Source: Iphione sp. A-MEVVRFRX5 (taxonomy: Eukaryota). From it: a DNA stretch of 64,000 nucleotides. Positions within the stretch are counted from its first letter, which is position 1, and each line of letters begins with the position of its first letter. Both the position numbers and the translations under genes were made by a program. The stretch spans positions 43,090,001 through 43,154,000 of the forward strand of contig OZ320315.1 of the NCBI GenBank assembly GCA_976226885.1, written 5' to 3'. A model generated the notes under the pieces. The model had not been told where the DNA came from. It did not search any database and was given only the letters and a program-made list of their open reading frames with translations. Shown here piece after piece: positions 13,891 to 28,005 of this stretch.

Positions 13891-16800
13891 AAAAATACAA
13901 CCACGCACACAATAGAGAGATTCAAACAAATGAGGACATATGGAACCCGGTCTTACAAATAATACTTGCCAGCAAAGAAGGCTGACCACGTTGTGGCGAG
14001 CTACTGTACATATGCCCATAGGTGAAAGACTGTCGACACAGAATGCACTGCCCTGCTTACTATCACGATGAAAAACCTCTGGCTGAAAACGGCAGACAAG
14101 GATTGTGCTTACAATACTTTTCCACATTAATGCATCCATACAAATGCAATCATAGCCAAATGTCCATTGTGAGAGTACCTGGTTGCTTAGAATACTTTGC
14201 TCTATCCATCACCACAAATTCTGAGTTTATGTACCTCAGGTAGTGGTGAAGTCGGCTTGGCAAAGGTCCAATTCTGGTTGGGCTATAGGTTTGGTCCCTA
14301 GCTGCCTGTATTTATCAGAAATAGACATTCCTCGTGGTGTCCTCTAGAATGTTGTTCATTTGGTGTTTCTGAGGGCGCATCATGTACACATATGTGTAAT
14401 GTGACTGTAGCAAACACCATAGCTCACTGTTATCCACATACTGTTTGTTTAATGTTAAGCAGTCGTACTGGTACTTTACATATCACGATCTTAATGTATT
14501 AAGATGTCAGCAGGAAATGGAAGAACTTCAGGTAGAAACTCGACTAGTACACGCCCAGATATGATAAGCAACAGGAAACTTAACATTGGATAGCCAGGAC
14601 ATAATCAAGTCATTAAATGTCTAAGGTAAAATTGTCTTGGCTGTTGCACATTTACAGAGTGTCTTTCGATACCGAATCGCATTCTGTTTAACTTACAAGT
14701 GAGAACTTTATGAGACCATAACTCCTCTTGCTTTGCGTGGGATATCCAATATTCTAAGTATGTGTATACATGTAGACGCTTGTTCTGTATTTCTTTATTA
14801 TTGAAATGTTGGAATTACCCGTCGCAGGGGATCAATTAATTGAATAAGAGGTATTTCCTTCAGAAAAATATCTGTCCCTGCATTGTATTTGGAAATTCGG
14901 AATGCTTGCAATTCACTCTTCATGTAGATTCTTTTTCCTTCAGATGAGTTTCCTTGTCCACGTTAGAAAATCAAACGATCTTTATGTAGAAAATGTTTCT
15001 GTTGACGGTTGTGTATCACTACCTTTTATTAGTAACATGAAGGGACGTAGACAAATTACATTACTCACTTCCATTCTGCTGAGGGAAGAACAATTTCATA
15101 ACCACGCCTTCATGTCACGTTTGAACTGTCACTTCTTTTCTGTCATGTTTGGGTGCCCCTACACATAAGTACATACTGATAAAAGGGTAGACATTCTTCT
15201 CTCCTAAATATGTCAATTACTAATGATTCATATAGGCAAAGTGAAACTACGATCCTCATAAATGCCGTTTGGACCATACAAAGAATGTTGATGATTGTGG
15301 TGACGGAGTGTGTAAATACGGGCATGGAGAACTTTTCCTGTTGGATGAACTCGGAGGTGCCCTCACTTCCCACCGTGAATTGATAACCTATAACCAAGAA
15401 TAGCCTGCCTATCGAGGGTATGTCAGGGTGATGCTGGACAGGCGGGGTACTGGCCAAGTATAGCAGAGCCGCCGCTAAATTAGGCCCATAAATATAAATT
15501 CCTCGAGCATTGTTTGCTTCAGTGGAATGCCCCTTAAGACAGACATGGCTCTTGAGGACGGATTTATGATCACGGCGGTTTATCTCCGTCTATCGGTTGA
15601 AGGGACACGCGCGAGAGTAATGTCTCTCATCTGACTGCAGCGGGGTTTTGGATTTAGCAACAAACCCCTTGTGCACCAGACTACCTTGGGACTTGATGGC
15701 CATGGCGATTGACAGCAGAGAGTAACCTGACGTAGCGCAAAGACATTCATCGTCTTCAATCCAGGTTCCCATTTCACTTCTAATTCAACGACTACTGGTA
15801 TGTAGCAGGATGAACACGTGATGCTCTTATTGCACCGTGCTGACTGTATTTGACGTTTTCAAATGGCACACAGTTAGCAACGTGTCGTAACAGACGATTG
15901 ATAAACGTTTTGATTAACGTTTCAGTTCATGAAGGTATTTGATGAATGGGTTATGTGGATATTCTTCAAAGAAACATAATCAGTTTTTATGGTTAACCGA
16001 ACATTTTGCCTAGATGGAGCATATTGTCTGCTTTAACTAACCATATACATGTAGAACATTTTCATGTGTTGATTCATGTACAAATGGTAGAAGAGTGCCT
16101 TAAGGCTTACTTCCAAAAGGTGGGTTATCTAATGTGTACTCTTCCTGTAGAATGTCCTGGCACCATTGGATTGCAAGGTTAAATAAAATTTGAAAAAAAT
16201 GTGCAGATAGAACTGCAATATCTAAATTTTTCCTATTATTATTAGTGGACTTCAAATTACGCAATCTAAAGCACTTGCCACTTGCCGTCATTTGTGAGGC
16301 TCCCATGTCTGTTCGGTCAATGAAAAGCATGTTCATAGTCCATGACTATGAACACTTCAAAACATGGACTACCAGTTAAAGATGTTCTTATCTGTGTCAC
16401 TGTTTGTGAACATTTCTTTCAGAAACAATACACTAATAAAGGCACATTCTACACGTTTTCTCTCAAGTGTCATGACCAAATCCTTGTATTGACGGATATT
16501 CTCAAGGGACGAGCACGTGTAGTTTTATCCAGATAGGATCTGCATATTCTATCTCCCAGATGATACATACTATATTTTCCTAAGTCAGGCTTTTTTGCTT
16601 TGTTTAATGTGTTTCTCTCTCCCTTTAAGACCTCTCCGAGGAACATATTTCTAGCAGAGATCGTGGAGAGAGGTTAAGTGAATCCGATCCAGAAAATCAG
16701 AGACGACACGTTTACGAGAGCTCCAGGCAGATCATACTCATATAGAAACACAGCCCCGCCTGCAATGACTGTACCTGAAGAAGGATTTACCCACACGGTC

Positions 16801-17160
16801 AGATTTGCCGGAGAAGCCTTGACTCCTGACACTAGAGGGTACTTGTTGAATGACGTCTGGATCTCAGATGGGGTTAGAAGCGAATTTAGAAGCATAAACA
16901 GACCGTTGTTGGTATATGAAGGCACCTGTGAAAACAGAAATCTAGGCGCATAAGGGAACATAACACTTACAATAGCAGCAGACTTCCAGGACATCGCTCG
17001 ATGTTTATTTGAATATTAGTGGAAACTTTATAGCCATCGCTCCATGTAGTTACGACAAGATGGAATGCAGGTGTATAAATGGGTTTGTAGGTACTTGTCG
17101 GGCACTCTGACCTTGGGGAATTGCCGATAAAAACGGGTTAGGGTGGATACATTGGAGACG

Positions 17161-17162
<2 letters not shown>

Positions 17163-17212
<50 letters not shown>
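17163..17212. repeat. (GA)n microsatellite
   Basis: About 25 perfect GA units. Confidence 0.98.
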
Positions 17213-17218
<6 letters not shown>

Positions 17219-19408
17219 GAAGAAATAATGACAGAAAAGAGGAAATGAGGGAAAATGGAGAGATGAAAAGTGGGGAGACGAGAGAAATTGATATACATTG
17301 CAAATCTATGGGGATTCAGACTGCATACACTTAACAGTCATCTAAACTAAACTGGCTGTGCAACCAAACCATCTGCCATTCCTACTCGTGCAGACAGTTC
17401 ACAGACAAACCCCCAGACAGCCTTTACATTATAGCGACCAAACACTTTCCGGGGCTACACCTCAGCGCTCTTGTAAGCTGATCTGAAGAGCCGTCTCGTG
17501 TAGAGGATACCAACATTTCCATGAGCTCTTTCATCCTCAGAGTATCAGAGAAGCACAACTACATGTAAATAACCGATTCGATCATATGCTACAAATTATG
17601 TGAGACAAATATACAAGTAAACATACCTGTATATGTATAACCAGTTAACATTTGTATTTATATTTTTCGACCATGAAACGCGTCAGTGGCACTTCACAAC
17701 TGACAGCGCGTCTTTTCAATACTCTCATAAAGAATGTCATGTGTCAATACACGGTGTTTATGTATACATATTACAGTCTGTAATCACATGACCGAGGAAT
17801 CGTCAAACTAAGAGCATCTAGTGCCAGAGTGTAGTGAGGTATACTTTTGACCCAGATCGACTCGGGTTTCTTGGCCCCTGCTATTGAGCTGGTGACCCAC
17901 GTTGGATCTCATTAGTAACAAATACACGCTTACATGTACATGCACATGTATATCGCAGGAACATGACTCAGTCGTGCGATACTAGTGCGCAACATGTGCA
18001 TTGGACGCCCTGTAGACGACGAGCATAGCATTATTTAACGGTGGTCCGACTGTAAGAGTAATCAAAGGAAAGTGGCCTCAGTCCCATCAGTGGTGACCGC
18101 TGATCCATCACCGTGGGCCACGTGCAGTGTCCAGAGGCGAGCGAGGTATGGCCATCTGGCCAAGTGTATACTAAATGTTCCGCCTATACCACACCAGTTG
18201 AAGCTTGGGAGAAGCAGACCGAAAGCTGCAAATCTCGCAAGACTATAAACTTTCGCCATGCATCCTGAAATGTTCTTGAGGAATTCATTCTACGAATTTT
18301 TGGAATGACAGTATTTATCATGTGGACATAGTCATTGCCTTCTCTGTGCAACAGTTACTACTGTTCTACATGTACTTTGAAAGGTATAATCTACATACAT
18401 ATGCATATACATGTATGTACATCTTTGGGAAGATGAAGATATACATGTATTACAATCTTCTCATAAAAAGGAATGTAATCCAGAAATGTTATTCATTTGT
18501 TCAAAAAAACAAGCAATATTCATGAAACGACTGATTCTTCAAGAAGGAAATTTGTGACCGAATCAAATTTAGAACACAATATTCATAATAGGCTATTTTA
18601 AGAACCTCATATTATAGGGAGTAACCATGGCGAGGCCTTTTCACCTTTTCATGTTTTCACACGTTTGGCTGGGTTGGCACCCTTCTAGTGATAAGATGCA
18701 TTATGCTTTTTAGAACATTTGTCGATCAAAGTTTCACACCAGATATATTATCAGCAGAAAGTAAACTTGCTCAGGTTGTGTTTAGCTTCAGCTGCCACAA
18801 TGCAACCTTTTGGGTCAGATAAGTCTTCCTTAAATAGGATGTCTCAAGGATACTGTCGTCAGAATTAAGTAGAGTAACGACAGTTCCTCTTAGATTTGCA
18901 CCAAGGACACAACGCCCAGTGTACTTCGTTTATTCAAAGTGTCAAATCCACGTTATGTCCAGTAACACCCTGGAAACAGCCTTTCAAATTATGTTGTGTA
19001 CCTGTTTGGAAAAGGACTCCGTAACAATTTCAAGGCCAGTCATAGAAACCAGTACTGTTCATCCCATAATATCTACACACTGCGGGAAAATGCAAGACAA
19101 TACACTTCAGATAATTTGTTTGGATCCCGCAAAGTCTGATAAGAAATTCAGTATCGAGTGAAAAGGCGCATAGACATTATAAATGGCAGTCAAGTATTAT
19201 TGATGCGTGTAAATACAATTTCAGTAAATAAGGCGCCTTCTCTACAGAAGTCTGCAAACAATACTTATATTTTGATGACATATTCCTCGCCTGTCACATT
19301 AGTCAAGCTTCCTAGTTTTTTCTATATGTTTTTGAAGACTTTCACACGTACGGATGGTTCCCTGCAGGAAGGAGAGTATAAAAATCGGTTAAGGGTAGAT
19401 ATAGGCAG

Positions 19409-20348
19409 TTAAAGCTCCCCTGCGATCCATTCCTCTCTATATTCCTACCATCCCCCCGAGTACTTTATTCTCATGTAGTTTCACCGTTGGTTTGCTTTAT
19501 ACTGTGTATATTTGGAGAGGGGGGAGATCAGTAGATCTGCTGCAGATTTGATCCCCGGTTTGCTGCTTGACTTGTGCAGTCTATACATAGCCTACATGGC
19601 TGTCAGCACCTTTGTCAACTGGGAGTGAGGGACTGCATAATGGTTACATGATTTATCAAATGGAAAAAGTAATATATATTTATTATTATCAATTAATATG
19701 GGAAGAGACCTCCACACCGCCAATTTTTCCCTTTTTCATGAATTAAAGGTATTTTCAGCATAACCTCCGGTGAGATTTTTCCATATTTTCATGAACATAC
19801 AGTAAACGTTGCACTATATTCGTGAATTTAGCATAATCCTTGGCAAAACTTGGTGCAATTTCCTAAATTAAAGGCATCTTTCACATAGCCTCCAGTAAAA
19901 TTTCCTGTTTTTTATCAATTAATGTGGGGGAAGAGGCCTCATCCCACTTTCTCTTTTTTTGAATGTAATAGTGTTCGTTACTTTATAGATTCTTTATAAA
20001 CATGTGCACTGTATTTTTTCACGCAGTTCATTAACTTATGTTTATTAATCTGAGAGTGACAAACCCTCTTGACTGAGGCAGCAAGTTGCTTAGTTGAAGG
20101 GAGGGGCACTGTAAGCTAAATATAGTCCTTAGGACTATTTTGTGACAAATAAAGAACCCAGGGTAACCAAACCCTTTTGACTGGGTCTCTGCTGTGATTA
20201 CTTGAATGGCCTAAGCTTCTTGGCATTATCAACACATCACACACTTGTACGCGGGGGGCCTAGATAAAGCCCTCGTCTACAACATTATGCATACATAAAG
20301 AGCTTGGCTCATGCCTCGCAATTTATATGGCATAATGTTGTCGACTCA
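19409..20348 (-). mobile_element. Degenerate non-autonomous Crypton derivative
   Basis: 19409 TTAAAGCTCCCCTGCGATCCATTCCTCTCTATATTCCTACCATCCCCCCGAGTAC aligns with 52724 TTAAACCACCCCTACAACCCCATTCTCTCTATGTTCCTACCATCCCCCCGAGTAC. 20262-20348 is a diverged hairpin (CAACATTATGC...GCATAATGTTG) resembling 55872-55974. No coding capacity; right end eroded. Confidence 0.6.
19660..20040 (-). repeat. Inverted copy of the 3830-4300 repeat, lying within the Crypton derivative
   Basis: Reverse-complement similarity visible by eye (AATGTGGGGGAAGAGGCCTCATCCCACTTTCTCTTTTTTTG...TATAGATTCTT). Confidence 0.65.
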
Positions 20349-23243
20349 TACATCGACAACTACAAACATATCTATTCCAATGCAACATTATTGGGGTACT
20401 AAGATCTTACTTTTAGGTCAGAGAATTGAGACTAAACGAGGCAAATAATGTTCACATGCATCTGTTATTAATTAACCCATGGTCACAGGCGCCTGGAACA
20501 CAGTGTGTGTTTTCGTGAGGTTATTTGACCGGTTACTCTTATCTAACATCATTGGGCTCATGCTTCTAGCGATTAGACAACCCTGGCGAAGAGGGCAGAT
20601 CTAAATACGAACACCGCACACAGACCCTCTCACCCATCTCCACACCCACCGCACTAGAGACATACGAGCTGAGTATGAACTCAACCCACGTCCAGACAAC
20701 TCGTCCTCATCCACATTAGAGCAGCTCATCGCCACCAGTCTACATGTGGCTTAGCCGTCTCTACACACCGAGAGAGAACTGATAATAACAACTAATGATC
20801 CACTGTCTAAACTCCATCGGAATAGTCATATCCAGGATGAGGTCTCGGCAAGAAGGATCCAGGGGAAAGAGGCGTATCCTGACAGTGATCGAAACCGGGC
20901 ATTACATCAGATCCAGCCTCGCGGGATTTTAACTGTGTTTTATAGGCCTACCAATAATATGGAATTACAGGTCTTGCTTTGAAAAGACAGGCACGCCTCT
21001 CCAGCCATCTGTACATTGTTATACAATCATATTCGGCGCACATGGAAAGTTATACCGTCAACATGCTCGTTTTATTTGGTCTATTCATAGTGCACTCAGG
21101 CTCACATAAACAGTCTGTCGGACGCAACGAATATCTATGTTATTCTGTTTTGCGAAAATAAGCAAAAAGACCCTTGGACGATTTTTTATCTTTGTCGTTG
21201 TTCCCCTGCAAAAGATAGAGACAGTTGGAGAACACAAGCGACGACGGGTCTGTTGTCGACTAAGGAAAGGCATTCACCCCCGTCTGTCGGGGAGGCAACC
21301 CGTACACTCAGGACCTGCTCAACACAGCAGTCTCGAGAGGACTGGAGCTGCTCTCGATTTTCATTCACTCTGAGAGCATCTATACCGCTCATGGATATAG
21401 AGTGTCGTTTGTTTAAATATATCGGAGGGGCGCATAGTTTCGCCGAAAACCTCGACTAGTCTCTGTATATTCTTGATAAAAAGTCTGAAACAGTTTTATT
21501 GATAAGTCTCGTTGTGAAGAGAAAACGTTGGCATCTCCCTCTATCAAAAGCACCGGTCGGCCACCTTGGTTGCCAAGATGCGCTATATGATTACAAATGT
21601 ACTGTCAACATTTATTTGTGGATCTGCTTTTGTGAAGACTACAACAACCAAAAAACTGTCTACTTGTTTCCATGGCTTTTGATCGGCCAACCTGGATTGT
21701 AGCCAGCGACAGAGTAGCCAGTCCTTTCACCCTATTGCCCACAAGGAGGTGGGAAGCGCCACGAGTATGCGGGCTCCGCACTCTACAAGCAACCGCTGGG
21801 AAAGAGAATACGTTCATAATGTTATTTCTTGGAGAAGCTCAAGAGATTAAAAATCAAGTTGAATAGTTGATTTTCTCTCGAGTTACACATCAGAACTGCA
21901 AGCCCTCCAGTGAAGAGATCGTCTTCAAGCTGGCCTGGATATCTGGGCGATCTAGGGTCAGCAGAGACGAACAGAACTCGGCGTCGGACGGGTCACGAGG
22001 AAATCGGCCGAGGGTAAACCCGACGTGCCAAACCCCTTCCCTGCACACTGGACAGTGGGTTTACTACATGGTGTTCCCATAAATACACGCCGGTGGAGAA
22101 TGCGCATGGAGCCCCCTGGAGGGACAGCAGCATATTCCAGACTACAGTTTTAACTGGGTGGTTGTCAGTTGCCACATCTGCCTTGCGAAAGGGATTTATA
22201 TCCATGCACAGATCGAGATATAGCTTTACAGCTGTTCTCCTTTTGGAACGGGCAGTGAAACGATACAGTAACTTTCAATGACACATTGTCCTTGCGCAGG
22301 TGGATGAAAAGGAACTTTAGAAGAAAAAGACTTCAAAATCTTTCCTGATTTTCCATAACACTTGCATGGCGTTCAGATCATGCACATGTAAATTTTGCTG
22401 CGAACTCTGAAGGAACTTTATGGTTTTGTACCGGAGACAAGGGACGTCGCTTTCGTGGAGCAGTCGGTGACTAAGTTTTCTTGTTTTATCAAGGAAAGGA
22501 TCGACGCAAAAAAGGGACGTTATTCCCATTTGTTATTTCTTAGGGGTAGCTTTCGCTTATTCTGATGCTGACCTCGACTAAACCACTCATCTCACATTCA
22601 GTATGAGACTCTCTGTCCTGAGGAAATGGTACGGTGGACTCGGTTGCGACTCCCGTCTAAGTCGCCTGTATGCATGATACTCATGAGAGATATTTAGAGG
22701 GCACCGTGACAGTATAATCTTCAGTTGCCGGGATTCAAACGTTGCCAAAACACGAACAAAACGTTATATCTGGTTGCTAGGCTACAGAAGGATCCAGGCC
22801 TTATGTAAGGATGCCTACCATATTGCACCACCGCCCACCCTGTCTGTCGTGGTGCTGATGGGGGCACGACGAGTAGGGTCGACTATAAAGTGACTGGAGC
22901 CGGCCAGGATCTTCAGTTTCTCTGATAAAGAAGGGCACAAACCCCGTAACACCCTCAGAAGGAGGTTTTGTACTGCCAGACATCGTCAGTTGGTGAAAAA
23001 ATATGCCGATTTTCACCACTTAAGTCTACACATACGCTGGAAACTAAAGCGTCTTTTTGATTCATGTCCAGTTTTCTGATTGGGACTACATATGAAATAC
23101 GGAGTGCTGTTAAAAGAGGACCCACCAGGATCAACATCAAGATGTGAAAGTTTATTTTGATAGTATCAACGTGATATTTTTCGGGAAAATCGTTTTTTGT
23201 TGCTCAAATGTGTTATACAGATTTGGCATGATGCTTGTGTTAG

Positions 23244-23435
23244 GAGTGAACTGTAAGGGCCCTGGCTCCAGCCCAGATGAAAAGCCTGAACGCACTTGTC
23301 ATCGGGATGGTCCTCGGGAGATGGATCCAGAAAATGCAAATGTAGAAGAAAGTGGAAATGGCAATAAAGAGGCAGGCGACGACGAACGAGAACCAAGGCC
23401 ACTTCAGTCCAGCATGAAATGGGAGGATTTTTTCG
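23244..23435 (+). CDS. Candidate internal coding exon (acidic, low complexity)
   Basis: TGCTTGTGTTAG acceptor, 192-nt stop-free phase 1-1 frame (..VNCKGPGSSPDEKPERTCHRDGPREMDPENANVEESGNGNKEAGDDEREPRPLQSSMKWEDFF), GTAAGA donor. Purine-rich against its flanks. Confidence 0.35.
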
Positions 23436-24184
23436 GTAAGAGTTGGTACTTTTCCTTACTATCTCCTCTGAAAGAAGTAAATGGAATCCAAACTCAGCTG
23501 TTATCTATTAAAGAAGCACGAGTGAAACTCGAAACGGATGATTTGCTGGGCACGCTCTGACACCGTGGTTCCTTTAACCAACTTTGAACTCAGCACATCT
23601 TACAAGAGTTTACTGAGTTAGATAACTTACCAAGAGGGCTGAAAATGGCTCTATACATTGTATATGTATACACACAGACATATACATCTAAGCATACATT
23701 GCACACATATTATATATAAGTAAATACGTGCGTTAGATTGAATTGTGCACAGTTCTCCAGCAGTGAATCGCCCTATAAACCAGCTTAAATTGAACAACTA
23801 TGATCTGATTCATTGTCATGGATTTTAAGAAGCGTATATAGCAGGTAAAACATTCTGTCCCCATTCACATACGTGCATTCAATGATGAATATTCTTCTAC
23901 ATGTACAATGTAGTGACCTTGGACTTTAAAGTTCTGTCGCATCTGTCGGTTGAATGAAACATGTTGCAGAAACACCTTTAAATATAGACTTCAATTCAAC
24001 GGTAGAGTCAGTCCTCCCTTGCCATTGTAGCACTTTTTGACTTGACTCGGCGGCCCACTTAACTCGTTTTTGTGTGATCTTTCAAGCTAACCACGACACC
24101 AACATTTCTCATGTGTTCTCCGCGTTCAGTGTTCAAACCAACCAATATTGTCTGACATCAGAGGGTTCAAATAACCTTCTGTTG

Positions 24185-24187
<3 letters not shown>

Positions 24188-24236
<49 letters not shown>
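24188..24236. repeat. (CT)n microsatellite
   Basis: About 24 CT units. Confidence 0.98.
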
Positions 24237-24244
<8 letters not shown>

Positions 24245-25558
24245 TTGCCTGCATGCAACTGGTGCCCTGAAATATACCTTCTGTTTAATATTTTAATGAT
24301 CTCCCGCTCGTTTCTGTATTTCTCTTTCCTTTTTCATCCATTATCTTTTTACTACCTTGTTTTATTGCTTTCAAACTACGACTGCACACCGAAAGGCTTT
24401 TCTTGGTGAGGAGATATTACGGATAGGATTGCAGCTTGCCAACTATATTTGTATTTCATTTTACAGGGAACCACGAGAAAATGATATGCACAAATAGCCT
24501 TTGCGCTCTGCACTGCGACATGCTCTTTGAAAGTAAATCCAATCGGATTACAACTGCTACTTAGCCTCCACGAGAGTCACTCTTTTCGTCTCTTTCCTAA
24601 AGGTCACTTGAAGAAAATTTTGATCATTACTGATTTCTTTCCTCCTGATTCTCCTGCCAGACTAGCCGCGCAAACAGGCGACAACAAAGGAGATTTGGAT
24701 GCTGGCCACACACTTGTTTTAGAATAAATGAACCCCCTTGCACACGACTGAAGATACATGTACATGTACTCTTTCGGATCCTCGGAAATATACCTCGTGT
24801 CTAGTCCGCTATTACATTGCGTTTTATATACATGTACACATTTCATACAATGTTGACTTAAAAAAGGTTTCATTCACTAAGCTCGTTTGCACTTGCAAGT
24901 ATACTGCTAATTAATTCTCTTGCAGTTCCATTTGTAGAAGTGGGTCAATTGATAAAACTGGAGACAAAGTTCAACTTGTTATAGGTTTGTGAGTAAACAT
25001 CCATATCATATAGGGCCGCATATTGCTGTCGCCTAAGGAATCACAAATAATAATGAACTGGGTGTGTGTTTGTCCGCGCTGCGTCGCCATGCTTTCTTTG
25101 CTTCGTGTCTGGCGCCTAAAACCTGTAGGGGTCCGCCTGCCTAAATCCCAAGTCTGCACTGCCAGGTTTTCTTTAACTGCTGGAGGTGCTCGGCGTGACA
25201 CCGCCACTGCCCGCCCAACGCCCTTGTCGGTGAGCTGTTTGTGGTCAGTGGAGTGAGCCGATTTTGGTTCCAATTTAATGCCTGGTGCACAAAGTAGAAC
25301 TGGCTCGTCCTCTGTTGTGTAGCAGACCTACTACGTGTGGATGTCGCAATGATAGACTGAAACCAAGAATTTCCTGACGTAGGCTACACATTAATCATAT
25401 CATCTGCGTACAAAAAGAGGGCCTCCCATACGGTGAACAATAATGCTTGAGAATATGCATGTGTAAAAAGAAAGCTACCTTGTAATCGTCTGGAAAGAAT
25501 TTGAAAACACACACTGTTTTATCATTTCATCATATAATAAAAATACAGTTCTCACTCA

Positions 25559-25709
25559 NNNNNNNNNNNNNNNNNNNNNNNNNNNNNNNNNNNNNNNNNN
25601 NNNNNNNNNNNNNNNNNNNNNNNNNNNNNNNNNNNNNNNNNNNNNNNNNNNNNNNNNNNNNNNNNNNNNNNNNNNNNNNNNNNNNNNNNNNNNNNNNNNN
25701 NNNNNNNNN
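25559..25709. other. Assembly gap (N run)
   Basis: 151 Ns. Confidence 1.
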
Positions 25710-26062
25710 TTATTGACTATATATTGATTAAATCACTATTACAAGCCTACAAGAGAAGGGGCTGATTTCCAAATCTATACCTTACCGGTACCTCATAAAA
25801 GGTCATTTTTGATGACACCCATGACACAAGGTCCAGACTGTGCAGTTTCAAATTTCAAATACATGTAGATTCACTACGCAGGGGTCAGGTTTGCTTTTTT
25901 CTTCATCAAGGAAAATTTGAGATGGTAAAATCAGCGTTCAAACTATTGATATACCGTACACTTGTATACATATTTACTATATGTCCACTTGACGACTGGA
26001 TAGACAAATATTTATTTCACAAAACACATATACTCGTATAAACATAAAGAATAACAGTAGTA

Positions 26063-26237
26063 CAGTGGAAACCCTATTTGCGACCCCATCAATTTGCGAC
26101 CTTTCTGGCTAATACGACCACCTGAGGTGGGAACAAAAGCCTTGAATCCTTGTACGAACAATACCCCCCAAATTTGCCAATTGATGCGACTACTTCAGCC
26201 AGGAACCAAGGGATGGTTGCAAATAAGGTTTCAACTG
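26063..26237. mobile_element. Tigger/pogo-type MITE (175 bp)
   Basis: TA flanks. TIRs CAGTGGAAACCCTATTTGCGACC and (revcomp) CAGTTGAAACCTTATTTGCAACC. Internal GCGACC motifs like those in the Tigger ends. Confidence 0.82.
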
Positions 26238-27513
26238 TAGGCCTACATAGATTTATCACGAAGTCCGCAAGTTGTTTATGTTCAAGTTGAAACCTCTCCA
26301 GCTTCTTAAAAATAAAAAAAATATATATAATTGTTCGAGCGACCACTTGTAAAAAATCAAGGGGTTATGTCCATTATAGTATACCTCTGTACCGGTACTG
26401 TAGGGAAAATACATTTTGTGAGGCAGATGGATGATGCCAGTGGTACTACATATGAACACGAACAGTTGTGTCCAGATTGGCTAGATGTAGGGGAAATAAC
26501 TTGGTTAGTACATACTGATTTACAGAACTGCACTCTAAAAAAAATACGGCATTAAAAAATGCGCATCAGGTGGACCAGTCCTCGGGTCCAGAACTTTAGT
26601 GTATTCTTTGCATGGGTGAGGGCGTGACAGTGCTTTAGAATAGCGCTGGTCCGCCGCTGGACATCTCTGCCACATGGCGCTCGTTCATGTTTCACTGCCT
26701 CAACTAACGACGTGCGGTAGAGATTGTGGAGTTTGGAGGGTGGGTGGGGGTGGGGGTTGAAGTGGGCCGAGTGGCCACTCTCTGCACCCACCGCGACAGC
26801 AACACAGTCAGCGAGCGAATATGGATGTAAGAGGCTGAAGCCAGTCCGGGGCCGAGAACTTTCTCACTTCGACTGCCCGATACCTTCATAAGGTGGGTAC
26901 CGATATGACACATGCATATGTTTTATAGTTTATACGAATGTACCTGGTAAAGTTAATCGCACGATGCCGCACATGAGACTGGAATGATGTACACGGTGTA
27001 GTGTATGTGGTACGTGAAGTGACAACAGACGCCACGCGACGAGTCCGTCGAAGGGAAGGAAGACGAGGTTACTGACGAGAGGGATAACTGTCACAAAGGA
27101 GAACATACATAAAGACCAAAAGTTCTCTAACTGACATGCAGAGCATGTTTTGAACTGATGTGGATTATTTGTTATGGCTTAGGCTCTTCATGAATTTTTT
27201 TTGTGGAATACATTCGCCTCCCAAGTCCCTGGCTCGGGCCCTGGCTTCGCTGTGCACTGGGCCTCTGGAAGCCTGCACTGATTATAGGTAAGCTGTATTC
27301 TTTGCAAGCTCTTCGCATGCATACGAATGTGTCGGATTTAAATTGAAAGATGACTTACCTAATGTGATGTTAAATGAAGACGGGAGTTTAAAAGATCCAT
27401 CCTAGTTGGCTCTCTGTTCCAACGTTGTCGTTCGTGCCTTGCCTCATGTCTCATGATTACATTTACACTCAAAATCACGCACGGAAGTTCCGTGTATGTA
27501 CATGTAGATATTA

Positions 27514-28005
27514 GGCCGGCTTTCCTTGTGTCCGGAAATCACCTGCATAGGCCAGACTGTGTGGTGCATGAAAAAACGATTATATGCCAATCACCAGGAG
27601 TGTACCCATGTAGACAGGTGCGTGGTGCGTAGAGGTGCATGGCTGAAAAACGACCCTGGGCCGTAAATTTCCGCACCACGCACATGTATGCACCAGTAGG
27701 ATAGATAAATGGACCTTTTCCATCTCTTGATAGATGTTGTGAATTATTTTCTTATTTGCATATCATTTGGATAAAAACTGCACAGTTTCCACAGATATGC
27801 TTCAAACTCCATGAAAGACTGCACAATTTCCACTGATATGCCTAAACCTCCATGCATACATACATACATGTACATACTGTGACTCTGTGTGTCTCTCTCC
27901 CTCCCCCATGTCTCTCTCTCTCTCTCCATGCATACATGGAAAGCACCCCTCCGTCTGCACTGCCACGCAGTGCGTAGAATTTTCCGGACACAAGGAAAGC
28001 CGGCC
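27514..28005. mobile_element. PIF/Harbinger-type MITE (492 bp)
   Basis: Perfect 25-bp TIR GGCCGGCTTTCCTTGTGTCCGGAAA, with TTA on both flanks (27511-27513, 28006-28008). Confidence 0.88.

Noticed and set aside
20581-20930. Possible Penelope RT fragment (TPHTD resembling KPTHTD)
   Set aside because: Only a 4-5 residue resemblance, and the flanking conserved Penelope residues are absent.
22720-22745. B-box-like GTTTGAATCCC on the minus strand (tRNA/SINE)
   Set aside because: No cloverleaf and no correctly spaced A-box recognised.
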